This document shows, in pieces, positions 49,656-58,960 of a DNA stretch of 59,056 nt. The stretch is from positions 1 through 59,056 of the forward strand of contig JBHHYO010000010.1 of the NCBI GenBank assembly GCA_046757665.1. The letters are read 5' to 3'. The position numbers and the translations under genes were made by a program. The notes beneath the pieces were generated by a model. That model ran no database searches, was not told the DNA's origin, and saw only the letters and a program-made list of their open reading frames with translations. This DNA comes from Nitrospinales bacterium (lineage in GTDB: Bacteria > Nitrospinota > Nitrospinia > Nitrospinales > JAJDAT01). Every line of letters begins with the position of its first letter. The stretch's first letter is position 1.

Positions 49656-51458
49656 ATGAAAACATTGCTCGTTTTTCCGTGTCAATGGTATCCGACGCAA
49701 CCGTACCTGAGTACGCCTTACCTGACTTCCTATCTGCGGTCCAAGGGATGGGACGTACGGCAACGGGATTTTAATATCGAGTCGTACGACCGGTTTCTGT
49801 CGCGTCCCTGTCTGGAGCAGGCCGTGGCGCGCATCGGCAACAGGATTTCCGGCCTGCGGGCCAGGCCCTCCCTGACGATCAGGGAGAAATCGCTGATGGA
49901 CGTGCTGGCGACCGGCCTGCGGCTGGCGGAAAAGATCGTTTCCCAGGTGGATGAAGCGAAAACGGTCATGCGTACGCCCGAACGCTTTTTCGATTTCGGC
50001 GACTACCGGCAGGCGGACATGGTGATCAAATCGGCGCTCAAGCTTATCTCCGATGCGTACGCGCCCTGCCTGCTGACGCTGTCCACTTTTGAAAGTGGCA
50101 TCGGCGCGGAGGAGTCGTCGCGCAAGGCCCGCGCCGCGGCGCGGGATGAGGAGGCCAATCCGTTTATCTGGCTTTATGAAAATCACCTGTTGCAAACGGA
50201 GCGCTGGGAAGATTACGGGCTGGTTGGCATCTCCATCGTCGGCATTTCGCAAATCATTCCCGGCCTGACGCTGGCGCGCCTGCTCAAAAAGCGATACCCG
50301 CATCTGCACATCACTCTTGGCGGACCTATTTTCAGCGTTGTGGGCAGTCAACTGGAGAAGCGGTCGGAGTTTTTCGAGGATTTTTGCCACAGTATCGTGA
50401 CTTTCGAGGGCGAGGAACCACTGCATCAATTGTTGACGGCGCTTGAAAACGGCGCCTCGCTGGCGGACAAACCCAACCTGCTGTATCTGGAAAACGGCGC
50501 GGTGCGGCATAACACCCGCCGGGTCGAATTGCGCTTTGAGGAACTGCCGTCGCCGACTTTTGACGGACTGCCCTTGGACCTCTACCTTTCGCCTTATCCG
50601 ATTCTGCCCGTTCTCCAGAGCCGGGGATGCTACTGGGGCAAATGCACGTTTTGCACGCACAGCTATGTTTACGGCCACCGCTACGGCAAGCAACGCACGC
50701 ACCGCATGGTGGACGAGCTGGAAGCACATGCGGCAAAATACAATGCCCGGTATTTTACTTTTTCCGACGAGGCGGTGTCGCCGCATTCGCTTAATGATGT
50801 TTCGGACACGATTCTGGAGCGCGGCACGGACCTGCGGGCGCTGGCATTGCTGAAATTTGAAAAGGTGATGGACGAACAACTGTTCCGCAAAATGAAGCGG
50901 GCCGGATTCATCTTCCTGATGTTCGGGCTGGAAAGCGCCAATGACCGCGTCCTGTCGCTGATCGAAAAGGGGACTTGCCGGGAAGTGGAACAGGAATCGT
51001 TGCGCAAAAGCCGCGAAGCGGGGATTTGGAATCATATTTTCCTGTTCTTCGGGTTCCCCACCGAAACGCGGCAAGAGGCGATGGATACCCTTGGCTTTAT
51101 CCGGGAAAACATGGACAACATCCATTCCCTCGCCCCGGGCGTTTTTCTCCTGAACCGGGACTCAAGCATTTACCGGTTTCCCGAACGCTACGCCATTACG
51201 CGAATCATCGAGGACCCGGAAGCGGATATTGCGATGAATCTCGATTTTGCGATTGATGTCGGCATGAAGCGGGAGGAGGCGGTGGAGTTGAACGCCAGGT
51301 GCATCAAAATGGCGGAGGAATCGTTTCCCTCCATTCAACTCTGGGGCGTCATGCCCCGGGAACATTTTTTGCTGTACCTGGACCGGTTCGGCATTGAAGG
51401 ATTGATGGGCGGCGCCACGGCCGCGGCACAGCATCCGAAAGAGATGATACGATTATGA
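49656..51458 (+). CDS. B12-binding radical SAM protein
   Basis: PYLSTPYL N-terminus, VGISI and ITLGG cobalamin-domain strands, RGCYWGKCTFC, FGLES, FFGFPTET. Confidence 0.92.
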   Translation: MKTLLVFPCQWYPTQPYLSTPYLTSYLRSKGWDVRQRDFNIESYDRFLSRPCLEQAVARIGNRISGLRARPSLTIREKSLMDVLATGLRLAEKIVSQVDEAKTVMRTPERFFDFGDYRQADMVIKSALKLISDAYAPCLLTLSTFESGIGAEESSRKARAAARDEEANPFIWLYENHLLQTERWEDYGLVGISIVGISQIIPGLTLARLLKKRYPHLHITLGGPIFSVVGSQLEKRSEFFEDFCHSIVTFEGEEPLHQLLTALENGASLADKPNLLYLENGAVRHNTRRVELRFEELPSPTFDGLPLDLYLSPYPILPVLQSRGCYWGKCTFCTHSYVYGHRYGKQRTHRMVDELEAHAAKYNARYFTFSDEAVSPHSLNDVSDTILERGTDLRALALLKFEKVMDEQLFRKMKRAGFIFLMFGLESANDRVLSLIEKGTCREVEQESLRKSREAGIWNHIFLFFGFPTETRQEAMDTLGFIRENMDNIHSLAPGVFLLNRDSSIYRFPERYAITRIIEDPEADIAMNLDFAIDVGMKREEAVELNARCIKMAEESFPSIQLWGVMPREHFLLYLDRFGIEGLMGGATAAAQHPKEMIRL

Positions 51459-53269
51459 AAATACTTTTGCTCTTTCCGCCGGACTGGCTTCCCTCGGAGC
51501 CGTATTTGAGCCTGCCGGCCTTGACCTCCGTGCTGCGCCCGGCGGGGCACGAGGTCGTGCAGAAAGACATCAACGTCGAAATGTACGAAATGATGTTCGG
51601 CGGCGTTTTTCTGCGCCATGTGCAAAAGAGGATCGAACACGAATTGGCCCACCTCCGGCATGTCGCCCAAACGCGGGCTCTGAACGAGGAGGAAGATGAA
51701 TTGATGCGCCAACTCCTCGCTTGCACCGAGGAGCATTTCGCGCGCATCGTCCGGGACGCCGAAACCGCCGGGAAAATTTTGCGGAGCGAGGACTTTTACG
51801 ATATCGACAAGCTGGAATGGGCCAATGCCTGCCTGCACCGCACCATGGACGTGATCTCGCTGGCATATTACCCGGCGCGCATTTGTTTCCCGCCCGTCGA
51901 AACGGACCTGGTTTACAAACCGTTCATGTCCGGCGAAATCCTCGAGGCCGTCGAGGACGATCAGATCAATGTTTACCGCGACGTGTTCCGCTTTCTTGTC
52001 GAGCCGGTGATGGACAGGGAACGCCCCGGCGTGGTGGGGATTTCCGTCGTCCAGCAAAAACAGTTGATCCCCACCTTCACTTTCTGCCGGATGATCAAGG
52101 AAAAATACCCGGATGTGCATATCACCCTGGGCGGAAATATCGTCACCCGCATCCGTGACGTTCTGGCGCAAAAACCGGAACTGTTCCGCCTGTTCGACAC
52201 CGCCGTGCTTTATGAAGGCGAAAACGCCTTTCTGGAGCTGGTCGAGGCGGTGGAAACCCGACGCAAGGATTTCTCATCCCTGCCCAACCTGATTTACAAG
52301 GATGAAAACGGCATCCACGCCAACGACAAGGTGTTTGCCGAGGACATGGCGCAGTTGCCGCCGCCGGATTTCGACGGCCTGCCGCTGGACAAATACTTTG
52401 TCCCCACCTTAATCCTTCCCTACCTGGCGACGCGGGGATGTTACTGGGGGCGTTGCACGTTCTGCGACCATTTTCAGGGGTACGTGGAAGGCTACCGCAC
52501 CAAGCAGGTGGAGCAAGTGATACAGGAACTGCGCTTCCTGAAAGAAAAATACGGCAACCGGCATTTTCATTTCACGGACGAGTCTTACCCGCCGGCGCTT
52601 TTCCGCAAACTGTCGCGCCGGTTGATCGACGAAAAACTCGACATCGCCTGGACGACCCATATGCGGTTCGAGGAAACGTTGCTGGACGACGAGGTGTGGC
52701 GGGACGCGGCGGAGTCGGGATGCAAATACCTGCATTTCGGCTACGAGTCGGGTAGCGAGCGGGTTTTGAAGCTGATGGACAAAGCCACCAACCTGCAAGC
52801 CATCGAAACCAACCTCAAAATGTCGGCCCGGTTCGGCATCTGGAACCATTGCATGGGGTTTTTCGGCTTCCCCGGCGAGACCCGCGAGGAGGCCGAGGAA
52901 AGCAAACGCTTCCTCAACGAAAACCGGGACTACGTTCATTCCGTCGGCTTCATGACCTTCGTCCTCGGCAAATACAGCCCCGTGGCCATGGAACCGGAGC
53001 GGTTCGGCGTGTCGTTTTACAAAAACCCCGAATGGGACCTCGCCCTGGATTATTATTTCACCCTCGACAAGGGGCTGGGCATCCGCGACGCCTTGCAGGT
53101 GTTCGATGAGTTCGAGTCCGACCATGACCCGAAATGGGACCTGCGCACCTGCGTCCGCGAATACATCTTCCTGTACGTGGACCGGTTTAAAACCAATCGC
53201 CTGACGCAATTACACATCAAGCCCGGCGAGCGGCGGGATTTCCTGCAAAGCCCGGTGGGGATGGTTTAA
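51455..53269 (+). CDS. B12-binding radical SAM protein (paralog 2)
   Basis: PYLSLPAL, VGISV, ITLGG, RGCYWGRCTFC, FGYES, FFGFPGET; ATGA-coupled to the upstream paralog. Confidence 0.93.
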   Translation: MKILLLFPPDWLPSEPYLSLPALTSVLRPAGHEVVQKDINVEMYEMMFGGVFLRHVQKRIEHELAHLRHVAQTRALNEEEDELMRQLLACTEEHFARIVRDAETAGKILRSEDFYDIDKLEWANACLHRTMDVISLAYYPARICFPPVETDLVYKPFMSGEILEAVEDDQINVYRDVFRFLVEPVMDRERPGVVGISVVQQKQLIPTFTFCRMIKEKYPDVHITLGGNIVTRIRDVLAQKPELFRLFDTAVLYEGENAFLELVEAVETRRKDFSSLPNLIYKDENGIHANDKVFAEDMAQLPPPDFDGLPLDKYFVPTLILPYLATRGCYWGRCTFCDHFQGYVEGYRTKQVEQVIQELRFLKEKYGNRHFHFTDESYPPALFRKLSRRLIDEKLDIAWTTHMRFEETLLDDEVWRDAAESGCKYLHFGYESGSERVLKLMDKATNLQAIETNLKMSARFGIWNHCMGFFGFPGETREEAEESKRFLNENRDYVHSVGFMTFVLGKYSPVAMEPERFGVSFYKNPEWDLALDYYFTLDKGLGIRDALQVFDEFESDHDPKWDLRTCVREYIFLYVDRFKTNRLTQLHIKPGERRDFLQSPVGMV

Positions 53270-53628
53270 CCGGCGTCCGGTTTTTTTCCTTTTCCGGCGC
53301 TCAAGGGCCGCCAGTAAAAGGAAGAGAACACCAGAACCGCGAAACTCAAATCCATAATGAAAACCCCGGTCGGCGGCATCCAGCCGACATAGACCACTTT
53401 ATCCAGCCAGTGCCCGATAAACGTTCCCCGGTAGGAGTCGTCCATGAAGGCTTTTTCCAGAACGGTGATCGGGCAGGGGATTCGCAGGATCATGAGGGAA
53501 ATCACCACCCCCAGCACCCCGCCGTGGAACAGCCGGAAACCCCGCTTGTTGGTTATCAGTCCGTAGGGAAACCCCGCAACGAGGAACAGGATGACCAGAA
53601 AATGGATGCCGAGTATGACGTCTCTCAT
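53266..53628 (-). CDS. DUF2784-like small membrane protein
   Basis: H in TM1, R..H, CPITVLE, FIGHWL..VVY; true start at 53628, the upstream part of the listed ORF is spurious. Confidence 0.78.
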   Translation of the reverse strand: MRDVILGIHFLVILFLVAGFPYGLITNKRGFRLFHGGVLGVVISLMILRIPCPITVLEKAFMDDSYRGTFIGHWLDKVVYVGWMPPTGVFIMDLSFAVLVFSSFYWRPLSAGKGKKPDAG

Positions 53629-53631
53629 GAC

Positions 53632-53807
53632 GAGACCTTTGCAGAAGTGTACTTGTATTTGATTGTCATTGCGAGGAGGCTCAGCCGACGAAGCAATCCA
53701 GAAAGGACCCATTCCCACCGGGCGTGGCCCGGCTGGATCGCCACGCCGCCGGTGGCGGCTCGCGATGACACCGGGGGCGGCGAAGTCTCGGGTTGTGCGA
53801 AGGTCTC
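53632..53807 (-). mobile_element. MITE-like palindromic repeat, copy D (long form)
   Basis: Ends GAGACCTTTGCAGAA ... TTGTGCGAAGGTCTC; shares the central GGGCCACGCCCGGTGGGAAT segment with copy A. Confidence 0.85.
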
Positions 53808-53864
53808 TCTCCTGACGGGACCGGGCGATTTTCAAACCTGCATGTTGCTTCCTTGCGGGCGGTC

Positions 53865-54203
53865 TTATTGAGGCGGCTTGGGTTTTTCTCCCTTGCAAAC
53901 CTTGTAGCAAACGGCCCTGACGGCCGTGCACTCCGCCTTGCAGGCCAGGTCGTCCGCGGTGCCGTAGCATTTCCTTTTGCACGTGGTGCCCTTTGCCTTG
54001 CAAGTCTTCTTGCAGGCCTTGACGTCGCCGGGGGCGTCCGCGACGAGCCGCAACCGCCACTCCTGGAAGGTCGGGATATCCTGTATTGCCTGATGCGGTG
54101 ACGAAATGGTTTCGGACTCAGTGGCCGCGGTAACGACGCCGCCGACCGCCGACACAAAAACGGCAAGCAACAAAATGGCAAAATACCTCGCGATTTTAAT
54201 CAT
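53865..54203 (-). CDS. Secreted cysteine-rich small protein
   Basis: GGAGG RBS, signal peptide, CX3C-X6-CX3C-X8-CX3C-X6-CX3C. Confidence 0.72.
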   Translation of the reverse strand: MIKIARYFAILLLAVFVSAVGGVVTAATESETISSPHQAIQDIPTFQEWRLRLVADAPGDVKACKKTCKAKGTTCKRKCYGTADDLACKAECTAVRAVCYKVCKGEKPKPPQ

Positions 54204-54337
54204 GAGTTCCCTCCATAAGTAAAGATGTGCCTCCATGCCGGAGCGCGAAAATCGACCGGGGAAAAATCATCCCGGCTTGCCGATTTTACCAAAAGCCGGC
54301 GGGGTTTGACAGTGCCGGACTTGTTGAAGTCCCGCCT

Positions 54338-54667
54338 TCACGGCGCAAATATTTCGCCTAATATTCCCAGAACTTTGCCCGCGGTTTTTTTGTCGATTTT
54401 ACCCAGCCGCTTGATCAGGCGGTCTTTATCCACGGTGCGTATTTGGTCGAGGACGATTTGTCCTTTTTTCTTTTGAAAAGTCAACGAAATCCGCGTGGGA
54501 TATTTTCGCCGCCGGGTGGTCATGGGAGCGATAATAACGGTTCCCAGGTGGTGGTTCATCTCATCGGGGGAGACGATCAGGCAGGGGCGGGTTTTCTTTA
54601 TCTCGTGACCCTGGATCGGGGAAAGGTTGACAAGGCAGACATCAAAACGCGAAATCACCAAACCCAT
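54338..54667 (-). CDS. mazF: PemK/MazF-family mRNA interferase toxin
   Basis: P.QGHEIKKTRPCLIVSPDEMN, APMT, LDQIRTVDK.RL. Confidence 0.95.
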   Translation of the reverse strand: MGLVISRFDVCLVNLSPIQGHEIKKTRPCLIVSPDEMNHHLGTVIIAPMTTRRRKYPTRISLTFQKKKGQIVLDQIRTVDKDRLIKRLGKIDKKTAGKVLGILGEIFAP

Positions 54668-54909
54668 TCATCCTCGTCCCATGAATTTTTTATCAGGTCT
54701 TCTCCAGCCGGCAAGGCGTCATCGCATCTTTCGGCCATCTTGCGAAAAGCCTCATCCCACTTGGCTCTGGGTTTTGCCGACGACTTGATAACCAGGGCGT
54801 CTCCCCGGGGTTCCAGTTCCACCTCATCCTCCAGGTGGCACTGCTTGAGCAGTGATTTCGGAATGCGAATCCCCCGGGAGTTGCCGATTCGCACAATGGG
54901 AATTTTCAT
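54655..54909 (-). CDS. mazE: AbrB/MazE-family antitoxin
   Basis: IGNSRGIRIPK AbrB motif, acidic WDEDEW tail, overlaps mazF. Confidence 0.93.
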   Translation of the reverse strand: MKIPIVRIGNSRGIRIPKSLLKQCHLEDEVELEPRGDALVIKSSAKPRAKWDEAFRKMAERCDDALPAGEDLIKNSWDEDEWVW

Positions 54910-54926
54910 GATTGCGCTTGCCTCCT

Positions 54927-54947
54927 TGTAATCACATTATAATTACA
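54927..54947 (-). promoter_or_regulatory. Palindromic operator overlapping a TATAAT box upstream of mazE
   Basis: TGTAAT-N9-ATTACA with minus-strand TATAAT inside, just upstream of AGGAGG. Confidence 0.55.
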
Positions 54948-54977
54948 TGAAAGCGGTGGCTGGTCAATGGGGAATGC

Positions 54978-56816
54978 TCAAACGTCCTCGATGAACCGGG
55001 AGGCGAAGGAGCGGATCTCTTTTCCGTTGAGGACGTGGAATCGGCGGATTTTTTCGATGGTACTGCTGGCAAACCGGGACAGCGGGATGTGGATGATGCG
55101 CTTTTTATACCGCCGGGCCAGGCGACGCCAGCTCATTCTGGGGACGCAGGGCGCGACCACGGTGACGTGTTTTTCGCGCGAGTGGAAAAACGCCGCTTCC
55201 AACAACCGTTCTTCCAGGGTGTCGGAGAGACGCAGGCGCGGGTCCTCCCAGATGTTGGGAATGGGGCGCGGCGGGTAGATCATCATGCACCCGCCGTAGT
55301 GGGCCTGGCCGATGCCGGGGCCGATCAGCTCGCTCAGGTATGGCGTGGCGAAAAAACAAAGCGTCGATTCCTCGCCGTGCTCCGCGTACCAGGTTTGCCG
55401 CCAGGAATAGCGCTTCGGGTCGGGTTCCGCCTCGAACAGAAAAACGACGATTTCCACCTTGCCGCGCGACGGTGGAATCTCCTTCACATAAATGTCGCCG
55501 TCGTACCAGTGACGCACCGTTTCGCGGATGTCGATGCCGTCCTTGACGGAGGAAGTGAACTTTTCCGAACGCGCCAGATCGTTGCTCAGCAGAAGTTTTG
55601 TCTGCTCGCGCACGTGGGTGTTGAAGCTTTCGATTTTCTGGTCCTCCGGCGGCCAGGAACACTGGCCGTAGGGGTCCCAGTTGTATTTCCATTGCAGTTG
55701 CCGGATGCGGTCGGGTTCCCGTTTCAGGTGGAGGTTGCGCCACTCGAACTGTGTTTCGCACAGCCGGTTTTTCATCGTCGCCACCTCGTCGTCGAACAGC
55801 GCGCGGTCGATTCCCAGCGACAGCGTTTCGAGGCCGGGGTCGTTGTCTTTCTGAAAAGGGTAGGCGCGGGCCGCCTGCACCAGGGCGATGGCGAACCGGT
55901 CGCCGCCAACCTGCTTGGCGGCAATCGCCAAAGTGTACAGGTCCGGCGTCAGACGGCTTTCCAGCAGGGCCAGGTTGCGGACGTATTGCAGGTAAACCTG
56001 AAACGACTGCGAACTCAGGTTGTGATAACGCACCTTGTGCTTGTCGAGAAAAATCGTCCGCGCCCGCAACAAAATTTCCTTGACGCCGTCGATGGAGGCG
56101 TCTTGGTCCGAACGCAGTTCCCGCCGATTATTCTCGTACAGGTAAGTGACGTAGGGCAGTTCGCCGAGGGCGAAGAACAGGGTGTTCGGTTCCAGTCCGT
56201 ACAGCCGGGGCGTTTCCTCGACGGGCTCCGGGGGAGCGTAGTCCCGGCGCTCGTCATAGGCTTCCTTGATCCAGGGCCAGTCGAGAAAGGAGCAGACGAG
56301 CACGATGCGCGAATGATCCAGCTCCAGCCGGTGCAACTGATAGGCCATCCAGCGGGCGCGCTTCTCGTGCGGGCTTTCGGCGGCGGGGCGCGGCAGGGCG
56401 GGTAGCAGGCCGACGCAGAATTTTTCGTAGGGCAACCGTCGCAGGGCGAAGGGGTCGGGGAAAACGTAGTGCCGGGGTTCGAACACCGCGGCGTTCCAGT
56501 CGATGAAGGCTCTCTGAATGCCTTCCTGCATGGCGATGCGTAGCGCCATGATGACCGGCTGGCAGGGATCGATGGGCACGTAGCTGTGGGCGCCGTCCCG
56601 CTCCCGCCGGGCGCTCAGGGTGATGTAGGGAAGTTTTTCGATTCCCTGTTCCACCGTCGATTGAAATTCCGCCGGCAGGCAGACGGCGACGCAGTCGCAG
56701 TGCGACGCAAGAAGTTCCCGGCTGACGATGCGCGCAAACCCGCCGCTACCGTGCACCACCGGCAACAACCGCACCCGCTCGCTCAGGGTGAAAATATCCG
56801 TTTTGGTTTTTTTCAT
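54978..56816 (-). CDS. Uncharacterised protein, probable MoxR partner (TraB/TIKI-like N-terminal pattern)
   Basis: 612-aa ORF with host-like composition; PVVHGS, AVCLP, RARWMAYQL, GIDIRETVR patterns. Confidence 0.7.
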   Translation of the reverse strand: MKKTKTDIFTLSERVRLLPVVHGSGGFARIVSRELLASHCDCVAVCLPAEFQSTVEQGIEKLPYITLSARRERDGAHSYVPIDPCQPVIMALRIAMQEGIQRAFIDWNAAVFEPRHYVFPDPFALRRLPYEKFCVGLLPALPRPAAESPHEKRARWMAYQLHRLELDHSRIVLVCSFLDWPWIKEAYDERRDYAPPEPVEETPRLYGLEPNTLFFALGELPYVTYLYENNRRELRSDQDASIDGVKEILLRARTIFLDKHKVRYHNLSSQSFQVYLQYVRNLALLESRLTPDLYTLAIAAKQVGGDRFAIALVQAARAYPFQKDNDPGLETLSLGIDRALFDDEVATMKNRLCETQFEWRNLHLKREPDRIRQLQWKYNWDPYGQCSWPPEDQKIESFNTHVREQTKLLLSNDLARSEKFTSSVKDGIDIRETVRHWYDGDIYVKEIPPSRGKVEIVVFLFEAEPDPKRYSWRQTWYAEHGEESTLCFFATPYLSELIGPGIGQAHYGGCMMIYPPRPIPNIWEDPRLRLSDTLEERLLEAAFFHSREKHVTVVAPCVPRMSWRRLARRYKKRIIHIPLSRFASSTIEKIRRFHVLNGKEIRSFASRFIEDV

Positions 56817-56836
56817 TTTTGAGAGGTAGTAGAAAA

Positions 56837-57370
56837 TTATCCAACAAGATCATCCAAAGCCTTATCAATCGCACTGGTTTTTTTGCGGTTTTTTACACCT
56901 TCGTATTTGGGTTTTAATTTGAGCGCGGCTAATTTTTCAAAAAATGGGAGCAAGTATTTTTCGAGATCATTCTTATTTTCATAATCGACATAAAAAATGT
57001 GTCGAATGGTTTTCGTCTTTACCCATTTTCCGGGCGTGCAACTCCCGATAACAGATTTGTTATCCAAACGTATACTTGCGGCAAGCGTGCTGTTAGCTCC
57101 ATTTTCATTATAATGTTGATACCACAATCTATTATGTGAACCAGGCCCCGCCACCCCAACTTTTAAACAGTCATTATTATCCGAGGAGCAAAAAACATAA
57201 ATTGCCCCTTTATTTGAAGTGGCCAAATTGTGTTTAGGTTTTGTGTTTGTGTTCGGCCCATGTGGCGGCTTCAATTTTTCGTATTCAACAGATTCGGATT
57301 TTATTGAATAACCCGTCTCCTTAGCGATGTTGATAAATTTTTCTATCAACTCCTTCATCAATTCCTCCAT
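56837..57370 (-). CDS. AT-rich hypothetical protein, possible GIY-YIG-like nuclease
   Basis: GAIYVF..CLKVG..R..QHY pattern and a late Glu (FFEK); markedly low GC. Confidence 0.5.
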   Translation of the reverse strand: MEELMKELIEKFINIAKETGYSIKSESVEYEKLKPPHGPNTNTKPKHNLATSNKGAIYVFCSSDNNDCLKVGVAGPGSHNRLWYQHYNENGANSTLAASIRLDNKSVIGSCTPGKWVKTKTIRHIFYVDYENKNDLEKYLLPFFEKLAALKLKPKYEGVKNRKKTSAIDKALDDLVG

Positions 57371-57380
57371 GGTTCTTTCC

Positions 57381-57602
57381 TCAAGCGGCGTAGGTCAGGA
57401 TTTCCAGTTCGACGTCGTGGTCGATTCCGCCGAGGATGGCATCGACCTTTTTCATAACCGGGTCTTCCAGCAGATATTCGCCGCAATTTTGGCACTGCGC
57501 AACCGGCAGTTTCTTGATGATAACGATCGAACTCGGCCCTGTTTTAAAGGGCAGGTCGGTGACGGTTTCTTCCAGATTCCCGCCGCAATTGTGGCAACTC
57601 AT
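57381..57602 (-). CDS. YgiT-type zinc finger protein (MqsA-like, putative antitoxin)
   Basis: MSCHNCGG...IKKLPVAQCQNCGEY. Confidence 0.88.
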   Translation of the reverse strand: MSCHNCGGNLEETVTDLPFKTGPSSIVIIKKLPVAQCQNCGEYLLEDPVMKKVDAILGGIDHDVELEILTYAA

Positions 57603-57922
57603 GGTTTCCTCCTGACTTTAAACTCTTTATCCCATTTCCGCGGATCAGGTTTGTAAGCTGTGATGATAATCACGTTTCCAGTTTCCACATCCGGCGCCGC
57701 CAGGATATGGATGACTTCATTCAAATATTTCGAACGTATGAGATAACTTGGGAGATACTTGTCCCTGGAGTATTCTTCGATAATTTCGAAAGTAGCTACG
57801 GAGTCTAAAATAGCCGTTCTTGGTATGAATCGTCCGCCCAGTCGCATGTTTACATGATACGTCCATTTGATTTTTCGTTCTTCAACGCACGACTTGATAA
57901 AATCCAATATTTTTGAATCCAT
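57599..57922 (-). CDS. DUF4258 family protein (putative toxin)
   Basis: T.H...R, IIEEY..DKYLPSYLI, IHI, IITAYKPDP.KW; ATGA-coupled to the YgiT-type gene. Confidence 0.85.
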   Translation of the reverse strand: MDSKILDFIKSCVEERKIKWTYHVNMRLGGRFIPRTAILDSVATFEIIEEYSRDKYLPSYLIRSKYLNEVIHILAAPDVETGNVIIITAYKPDPRKWDKEFKVRRKP

Positions 57923-57944
57923 CCCTTAATATACCTTGTGTCCG

Positions 57945-58898
57945 TTACCCTTCCGAATCCGGGTGCAGGGGGCTGTCTTCGTTGAAGAAGAAATCGCCCA
58001 GGCCCATGGGCAGTTTTTCGTTGCCGAGCGCCCGGCGTTTTTTTTCGGCCATGCCGTCCAGGTCGATGGCTTCCTCGCCGAGAACTTTCATCACCGCTTC
58101 CCGCCAGACGGCATCCCTGGAAAGCGGATGGCCCGAGTTCTGGCTCAACCGCTTGAGGGCATAGCGCAGGATATGAATGCCGTCGCGGGGCGAGAAATCG
58201 AGATCGAGCTGATGCGCTTTCTGCAAAAAATCGACGGTGAGGTCGAGCATTTCATCTTCCGCGAAGGGCAGATGATATTTCAGGATAGCCAACTCCTCGC
58301 GGCGCGGCGGCGGCTCCAGTTTCAGGGTCGGTTGCAGGCGGGAGAGGATGTAGTCGGGAATTTCAAAAGTGGACTCGTCGTCGTTCATGGTGACGCAAAC
58401 CCGCAAGTCGGGATGCGCGGCGATGCGGATGCCGGCGACAATCGACTCGACGTAACGCCGGTAATCCAGTAACGGCGCCAGCGAGGCCCAGCTTTTTTCG
58501 TTCATGCGGTTGCCTTCGTCGAGGACGCAAATGCCTCCCGTCAGCATGGCGCTGACGAGGGGAGAGGCGTGGTAGGAGATTTTGCCGGAATCCGCCAGCA
58601 CGGGCGTGATGAGCAGGTCCTCCGGCCGGGTGTCGCTGGTGCATTGAAAAATGTAAAGCGGCTGTTTGCGGTTGCCGGCGGCGACCATGGCCAGCGTGGT
58701 TTTGCCGATCCCCGGCATCCCGATGATGCGCGGCGACAGCGGCAGGTCTTCCTTGCCGACCACCAGCCAGCAGGCCAGAACCTGCCGCAATACTTCTTCC
58801 TGCCCGATCCATTCATGCTTGCCGGTAATGGGCGGACTCAGGGTCAGGGATACGCCGCTGACGGTGACGCTTTTTTGTGTGGGTTTTGGACGGCTCAA
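57945..58898 (-). CDS. MoxR-type AAA+ ATPase (AAA_5)
   Basis: Walker A GMPGIGKT, Walker [12 protein letters not shown] sensor 1, LSRL, FSPRD. Confidence 0.9.
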   Translation of the reverse strand: MSRPKPTQKSVTVSGVSLTLSPPITGKHEWIGQEEVLRQVLACWLVVGKEDLPLSPRIIGMPGIGKTTLAMVAAGNRKQPLYIFQCTSDTRPEDLLITPVLADSGKISYHASPLVSAMLTGGICVLDEGNRMNEKSWASLAPLLDYRRYVESIVAGIRIAAHPDLRVCVTMNDDESTFEIPDYILSRLQPTLKLEPPPRREELAILKYHLPFAEDEMLDLTVDFLQKAHQLDLDFSPRDGIHILRYALKRLSQNSGHPLSRDAVWREAVMKVLGEEAIDLDGMAEKKRRALGNEKLPMGLGDFFFNEDSPLHPDSEG

Positions 58899-58931
58899 GG
58901 GAATCTCCAGGGAAAGGATTGATTACTGCCT

Positions 58932-58960
58932 AGAATACGTTTGCGGGGAAAGGGTGTCAA
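58932..58960 (-). promoter_or_regulatory. Sigma70-type promoter upstream of the MoxR gene
   Basis: Minus strand TTGACA-N17-TATTCT. Confidence 0.65.

Noticed and set aside
53629-54060. N-terminal 144 aa of the listed 264-aa ORF
   Set aside because: Reads through the MITE and an alternative frame of the Cys-rich gene; the DUF2784-like protein starts at 53628
49656-54203. Complete RiPP biosynthetic cluster
   Set aside because: No leader-type precursor, peptidase or transporter; the Cys-rich protein has a Sec signal and is on the opposite strand
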